Shown here: positions 57,083 to 64,000 of the stretch, in pieces | Position numbering within the stretch: the stretch's first letter is position 1 | Layout: every line of letters starts with the position of its first letter | NCBI GenBank assembly: GCA_976226885.1 | Contig: OZ320313.1 | Location: 155,992,001-156,056,000 of the forward strand | DNA length: 64,000 nucleotides | Origin: Iphione sp. A-MEVVRFRX5 | Lineage: Eukaryota | Direction: 5' to 3' | Translations under genes and position numbers: made by a program | Notes under the pieces: model-generated | Seen by the model: the letters and a program-made list of their open reading frames with translations, nothing else | Databases searched by the model: none | Told to the model about the DNA's origin: nothing

Positions 57083-57975
57083 CTAGAACTCAGAAGTAAA
57101 TATAAATGTGACATTACCATGGTGTCGCAGTTGCACACGCAGACAGAAACCAGCCTTCTTGGAACACTTCAAGATTACGCTGGCTGGCACAGACTTCTCA
57201 GCTGCCCTCATCTCGATGACTGCCATGTGCACATCTATACGCTTCATAACGGTCTGGGGATCGCCTCCACTGTACATGTTGGAAAGTATATGCTTGAGGA
57301 GTGATTGCATTAGTGGCTCTTTACTCTCGTTAAGGTGGTGTTGGCTGGGAAGAATATCACCTTTACATTGGAGAGATGGATGTAGTGGGGGTGAGATGGG
57401 ACATTTTCTAGGAGCAATGCCACCTTCCTCTGCTGCGTCATCTGTTGAAGGCCTGGAGCCACTGCTGAAACAGTGATGGCAAGAGGCATGTCAGGAATCA
57501 CCATAAGGAACACCCCAGTTGTAGATGTCCTGTTTCTGTAGCCATCAAGGAGCGGGTTGCCTCCCATGACACTGCTTCACTGCCACCTCAGGAACACTGG
57601 CTCTCTCAGCAGAAACCTTCATCCTAGAGATGCAATGCCTCTTCTTGAATCAGGAGAGCCACCCTTCAAAAGCATTGAAGCTGTGCACGCCTAGTTCCTT
57701 GCTGACTGTTAGGGATGTATTCTTGATCATTGGCCCTGACACAGGGACTTGCATCGCGCTGACCTTTGTGAACCATATAAACATGGTCTCAGCCAGGGTG
57801 GTGAGGTACAGGGGTCATGTACCTCCTATTGGCTGCTGGATTGAATGCCTTGTCATAATCCTCCATGATGGAGGCTTTCCTAGTCAGGGTATTGTAGAGC
57901 TGTGTCTCTCTTGTCTTAAGCTTCAGGGACTTCTTACCACAACTGTTCTAGATTAGCCTGACCTTTCTCTGACAA
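57083..57975 (-). mobile_element. Fossil pogo/Tigger-type (TIGD/CENP-B-like, DDE_1) DNA transposase, internally deleted, with stops and frameshifts
   Basis: CENP-B-type HTH LAETMFIWFTKVSAMQVPVSGPMIK...ELGVHSFNAFEGWLS*FKKRH. DDE_1 segment RKVALLLENVPSHP...LSNVKVIFFPANTT. C-terminal segment AVIEMRAAEKSVPASVILKCSKKAGF. Confidence 0.9.
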
Positions 57976-58039
57976 GCACAGCTAATTCTCCTGAGTAGAC
58001 ATGGTTCAAGGAGCATTACAGCTGGACAATGTCCGGTAA

Positions 58040-58140
58040 GTCAGCGAACCAGTGGGACAACAGAAGGTGAGTCAGCAAAATGGCGGGACAACAGCAGATG
58101 AGACAGCAAAATGATGGGACACCAGTAAGTAGAGTCAGCA
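58040..58140. repeat. About 3 degenerate ~31-bp repeats, probably subterminal repeats of the Tigger-like element
   Basis: tcagcaaaatggcgggacaacagcagatgag / acagcaaaatgatgggacaccagtaagtagag, just upstream of the transposase start. Confidence 0.55.
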
Positions 58141-60706
58141 GTCTCTCTCATCAATTCTGCAAAGAAATTACCTAGGGATAACTATACAACGATTGAGATT
58201 TTGTCATGTTTGCTCACCTCTGCTAGTGGAAATAGGTCTTTTGGGATGCACCTATTAGTCTCTCCTCAGGTTGGTCATTCCTGTGAGTCGGTATCTTCCA
58301 TTAGGGTCCAACATATAGGAAATATACTGAAAATAGGTTTGTTTTGACCAAATCTGGTCTCTGCCCTTGGTTGGTATCTCCTGCAAGGCGGTCTTTATCT
58401 GGGCGGCAACTGTTTATAAAATTTCATGATTTGTGATGGGATATCACAATTTGTCGAAGTGCAGCTACTTATAATTTCACCCCTCCTGGAATGTTCTTCA
58501 ATTTACCATTACCTTGATTGCCTCGATAATACATGTTAAAACCTAAAATTATGATGCAAGTGTTACTGCAATGATTATTAGATAACTCAGAAGAGTATAG
58601 TATACACATTTCTTCAATTAGGTTTGTTTGGTTGATTTTCAATAAACAGCACTTACACCAGCGTATGCAAATGGATGAAGTATCTCCATCAATTGTGTTA
58701 CTCCAAAACTATGGTTATGTTACACAAAAACGAAATCGTTCCCGTGTATACTCATCAGCCGAAATCTTATAAGTGTTAAGGCCAATGGTTCCGTATCGAG
58801 TGCTATCATTTAAAGATAGTTGAGTCCAAATTAAGTCTAAATAGCCAAGCTCCTGCCTACAAAGGTCAAAGATAGCACAGGGTGAAGCAGTGGCCATATC
58901 TGCAATCACCTTTGCCACTTTCACTGGATGTCTTTTTGTCCCCTGTTTGTGTGTCTGCGTGTCTGTTTGTCTGTGTATTTGGTGTCAACCGGGTTAGCCA
59001 CGTTGATTCGTTCAGGTGAGATAAATTAAGAGCCCTTTATACTATTGGTAATATACATGTATTAATTGAGTCACCTATCAATGTCATATATATTAAGCCA
59101 AGAAAACACATACTTATTATCTGATAACGTCTTTAGTTCTGGGTTCCCGGTAACGTCCTTACTGACACACACAACAATTTAACGATGATATATGTTGGAA
59201 CTAAGTGACACTAGCGCAGATGAAACGCCAGTGATCAACAGTTGACGTCAATTAATTAGATCGTCCTTCGTTACTTTTGCTTATATCCTGGTGCAAAGGA
59301 TTTCCGACGGTAAATTACAAACACGCATCCCATGCTGATGGCTCTGGAGAAGCACTGAATCACCCCATTTTTTGATTAAAACTCTGCAATTGGCAGGACT
59401 CTTCGTTTTCTTCACTAACTACAGGACATTCTACCGAAAGATTCCATTGGCTTATTCCTCCCAATATCTGACCGATGCTCAAAGGTTTCAGTGATTTCTG
59501 ATGATATTACTGAAACAATTATTCGCATCTTAATGTCTCTGAAAACATGACATTGCGAAAGAATCTTGTAACTGTTCGTTACATATTACAGAAAAAATCA
59601 CTTGAATAATGTGAATATAATTATGAAAAATGCATAAGTTTATAATACCATTAGCAAAGAAAAAACTATAGTATATATAAGTTTGTAATACCATTAGCAA
59701 AAAAAGAACAACTAGCAAAAACTACTTTGTATCAAGTCACAGGTAACTGGAATAAAGTTAAAACAGGTCTTGATGCTGGGATGGATTATAAGGATTTTAA
59801 AGGAGTTATGAAAATGGTGGTACGGCAAATTCCCTAACAAGGTATAGCTTTAAAAATAAGTTAGGGACGTATACGATCTCTATATGCGATGATTCCCATG
59901 TACTGAGCGAGTGAATAAATAAATTAATAAAATATATGCATGATATGCATGTGTATGTACATGTATTTGAAAAACTAGATCCATGCTTAATAACTTGTTT
60001 ATGGTTATAGTACATGTACATGTGTACTCTTTACCACGGCGACTGGTGCAGAAATACCAAAATTTAGACGCATTTGACGAAAATGACAGACATTTGCTGA
60101 CTGCCTGTGCTTAAATTACATAGCATGACTACGTTTAATTTACAAATTAAAGATAGGGACGCAAATCAGACGCATCATTATGGAGACACCATGGCCCTTT
60201 GCCATAGGAAAATATACGGCAAAAGCCTACGGCCCGCTTGAAAGATAAACAGCACGTAACAAGGGATAAAACCGCGCAATCTGATAAAAGCTTGTTGAAC
60301 AAACTTAAACCGCTGGATACAGATCACAGATTTTAAGTATGTTTTTAAGATCTGCGAATTATTACTTCAGGTATGTAGAGCATAACGCCTATGACTAAAA
60401 GCCTTGTGCTATTCCACTTTCCTGTGAATTTCGCATCCTTGCCAGCCTTCCCACAGCGAGTACATTTTCAGTTGTGTTTGCCAGACTCTTATTAAAAGAG
60501 AAAGAACCACCATTTTGGAATTTATTGTAGTTGGTGAGGAGAGAGTGGTCAATTACTAATGAAATTTAGAGCTTGAGGACATGGGGCATAATTAGGGGGG
60601 GGCAAGGAAAGAGAAGGAGATTGTAAGCCAGACATTTGGAAAGGGAGAGCAGTGAGAGAGACCGAGAAAGGAAGACAAATAGACAGAGACAGCAAGAGAG
60701 AGACAG

Positions 60707-60708
<2 letters not shown>

Positions 60709-60774
<66 letters not shown>

Positions 60775-60781
60775 AGAGAGG
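60709..60781. repeat. (GA)n microsatellite
   Basis: Direct read; it explains the poly-RE and poly-SL ORFs. Confidence 0.97.
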
Positions 60782-62417
60782 AGGACGAGGCAGAGTCGAA
60801 GGTAGTCATTGGTATTCCCATAGTCAATACACACCATACTCTTATGAATAGAAGCAGCTTGAATTCATAACTGTTGGCAAGACGTCAACTTTGCATGTTT
60901 CCCATAGTCTCTGGTAAAAAAAAGGATGTCAAGGTTTTAGTAGATCTTCCTGCTTCACATATCAGCTTGATTTTATATTTTGTTAACATGTATCTCTTTA
61001 TATTAAATATCTATGTTTATTTGCTATATTAACCTGTAATAGGAAGACCCGTGAAGTAATCGAGAGTAAATATTAGGATTATTCAAATAGAGAGGAAATG
61101 AAACTTTAGCCCATCCGCTGCAAAAATCTGACGCGTGATGTCCGAGTCACTGTTCTCTTGGATCACCATATACAAGATTGGCGGCTCAATTCCTGGTCCA
61201 AGCCTTTCTAAGATTCTATCCATAACAGGTTTATTTCCAGCTCTTCCTCACACGATACAGTCATTTTGCTGGAATGTAGTAATACAAGATACATCTCAAA
61301 GAATGCAATAACTCTGACTCTTCATATTTTAATCATAACTTATTATTGTATAAAGTATCATTGAATTCTTTCTTGTTATTTGATTTATTTGTCCAAAAAC
61401 TTTCTTCTAATTTTCCCTGGCCGAACAGCTGGACGAGGGGCCAATTGCAAGTACATAGAAGGGATGCTGTTATCGTTAGGCCTAGCAGGATATTTTGAAA
61501 CCAACAGAAGCGGGTCTTTCGTGAGTGGGAGTAGATTTCGTGCAGACATATGTGGCAATAGGAACACCCGGTACTGGGGAGGAATCCGTGTTATCTGTGA
61601 TCAAAAGACAGGCACATGGCCAACGAGAGTGACGAACAAACAAGTAGTGCACATACTTTGTCCCACACTGCTTTATATAGCTGTTTTGCTGACCCGCCGG
61701 TTACCTTGGATGATGGAAATATACTGACATTGACAATAATGTATAAACAATGTCTGTGATACTTATTTTCCATTAAGCAACTCACTCCGTGCTTCAAGGT
61801 GATATATATTCCCCGACACTCGCCCAGATGGTGACTCGTTATAACATCCATTTTTTTTTTTTTTTTTGGGGGGGGGGGCATTTAGAGTAACGTTATACAT
61901 GGAGTCAACAGTTCGAACATATTTATTTACCATATATTGAAGACTAGCAATCAAACGCACTACATGTATGTGTACACATGTGCACTCTAAGTTCATAATG
62001 CAGACAGATGATATCTGCTTACCTAATCAGTTAATGAGAGCATTCATATAACAGGGGGAACAGACATGGGTTAAAGCAGGTCATGTCTGACTAGACACTG
62101 TTCAGATGAAAAGAAAATGCTGATGAAGTATGTTGTCTGAAGGACGTCTGGCTGTACTTCACTCTGTTTTTTTTTCTCTTTTGCAATGTGTTCCCTTTAG
62201 TGAACATACACTGTGTAGGGCTTTCGCATAATATTCTAGTTTGTAACGAAGACGTTATTTTAAAGTCAAATGCCCATTGTATTTTTAAAACAAGGGCAGG
62301 GTGCACAGACTTAAGGCGAAGTTGAAACCCTATTTATAACCACATCGATTCCCGACCATTCTTGCTATTACAACTATTTGAGGTGGGAACCAAAGTATTG
62401 ATTTCTATAATTATAAT

Positions 62418-62598
62418 TACAGTGGAACCTCTCTACTAAGAAAAGCAAAGGGACTGACCAAGATTTGTCCATAAAGTGGGGTGTCCTTTACAACAGGAGT
62501 ATTTAAACATGATTATATAGATTTGGTTCAGTTTCCAGTCTGTCCATAGTGGGGGTGTCCTTTATAGAGGGTGTTCTTAGTACATGAGTCCTACTGGA
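62418..62598. mobile_element. pogo/Tigger-type MITE
   Basis: Starts TA-CAGTGGAACCTCTCTACTAAG and ends with a degenerate inverse (cttagtacatgagtcctactgga). Internal direct repeats tgtccat..gtggggtgtccttta. Confidence 0.7.
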
Positions 62599-64000
62599 TC
62601 ACTTTCTGACCATTTTAGCTATTGAGACCATTTGAGGTAAGACCAGAATAGTGGTCACAAATAGCGTTTCGACTGGACTACAATATCCAGCTTGACCTGT
62701 GTGAACACAATTGTAACCTTTTGTAAGATGCTAACGCTTGGTCTTTCATACCATTCTCTCTTACAGGTATGGAGTACCAGAGTAGTAGTGGGGGTATATG
62801 CTACTCACAGCTTAATATACTGCATATCCTCTCCCACTCAATACTTGGTAACTGTTTCAGATATTTTGCCCATTACTGGGGAGTCACTTTGCCCATTTTG
62901 TCTCCCTTTGCGGGCCAAAGCCAGAGCCTAACAAGCTTGACAAAAAATAGAAAAAAAGTGGTCAGAAATAGAGCCATGTTCCGAGAGTCAGGAATGGTTA
63001 TGAAAACGGGTTTCCATAAATTATGTTTAACTTAATATAGATCATGAATGATAGATAACTGGTGGCTGACAGATGCTAGATAAACGTTGAACAGGTAAGT
63101 ATAACAGGTTTGTGATAGCATATAGCAAATGCAATGAACTAGTCCCTTACTTGAGACTGTTGTTGTATAAAGTCACTGAGAACTAACAGATGGTGTTAGC
63201 ATTATCAGGTTCCTTCTACCTGGGATAAATAAAGAAATATACCAGCATGCTGCACTACATGTTGTTCACTAGAAACCGCAGGTAAATTGCTCATTCTACC
63301 CGCATTCTTCTGGCTATATTGCATAATGCTTGGTGTTTTCTTAACTGTACAGTTCCTTGCTATCGACAGTTAAATATGAATAACTGCCCTTCATTATAGG
63401 TTCATGTTTATAGTATCATGAAGCTTTTGACTTATGATTACATGAGTACTACAAACGGCCCTGGAATATGATAACCTGAGAACTGCACTATGTCCTACTT
63501 GGGGTAGTTTTCAAACCAATCAAAACTTAGATCATCTAACATAATACCGTCACCTGGAGTCATCGACCTCCTCTTTTAAAGCTACATTTTGTTAGTTGCT
63601 ACTGCTGGTGGTGATCTTGATAGCAGTGGTGCTGAACAATGAACAAAAAGAACGTTGACTATGTGTATTCAGTTCGCTTAAGAAAAAGTTGTCCTGTCCT
63701 ATATACATGTATCTATATGCACTGACATATGCAAATCTGGTATATCTGTCAAACCGTATTGCTACAGCTTCCTAAGTGCCCACAGTGACTAATGAGACAT
63801 AAACTTAATTATCCTTCAATATTACTCTCGACTCCATGTTAAGTTTCCGTGTCTTTTGTTTTAGTTGTACATGTATTGTTTATTGTAAGTTATTTACTGG
63901 TTATGGATTGCCAAATTGCCACAAAGATCTGCATACTACTAGAAGTTACAAAAAGGCCTAAGTTCCAATTCGTATGTTTTCTAACCTTTAATATGACAAG

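Noticed and set aside
60549-60870. Poly-RE and poly-SL ORFs
   Set aside because: Produced by the (GA)n microsatellite.
61374-61731. Minus-strand TGT...TATATAAAG...AATAAA...ACA segment as a solo LTR or promoter
   Set aside because: No matching target-site duplication and no downstream credible ORF or donor.

Overview
Eukaryotic (metazoan) genomic DNA with GT-AG introns, AT-rich spacers and many decayed repeats. A marine invertebrate, possibly a lophotrochozoan, is an inference from gene type and composition only. No prokaryotic, rRNA, intact tRNA or CRISPR features were seen. The main feature is a minus-strand astacin (M12A) metalloprotease gene that I assembled by hand from 15 phase-consistent coding exons (43305 down to 13825; 2994 nt, about 997 aa). 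Its architecture is signal peptide, Cys-rich propeptide, furin site, astacin, EGF, CUB, EGF, Pro linker, VWA, Thr/Arg/Pro mucin-like stalk, TSP1 (CGGCG type) and a CC-containing tail. The VWA module is the unusual part and sits on one symmetric phase 1-1 exon. Several exons, including the signal-peptide exon 14.5 kb upstream, the mucin/TSP1 exon and the terminal exons, are absent from the ORF track. A second minus-strand gene (4009-5367) has a single-exon 452-aa CDS with an N-terminal coiled coil and a C-terminal CRYLR motif resembling CCDC190. The rest holds a fossil pogo/Tigger transposase, MITEs, tRNA-derived SINE heads, LINE endonuclease relics, micro- and minisatellites, exon-like segments on the plus strand, and a strong excess of the palindrome TACATGTA.
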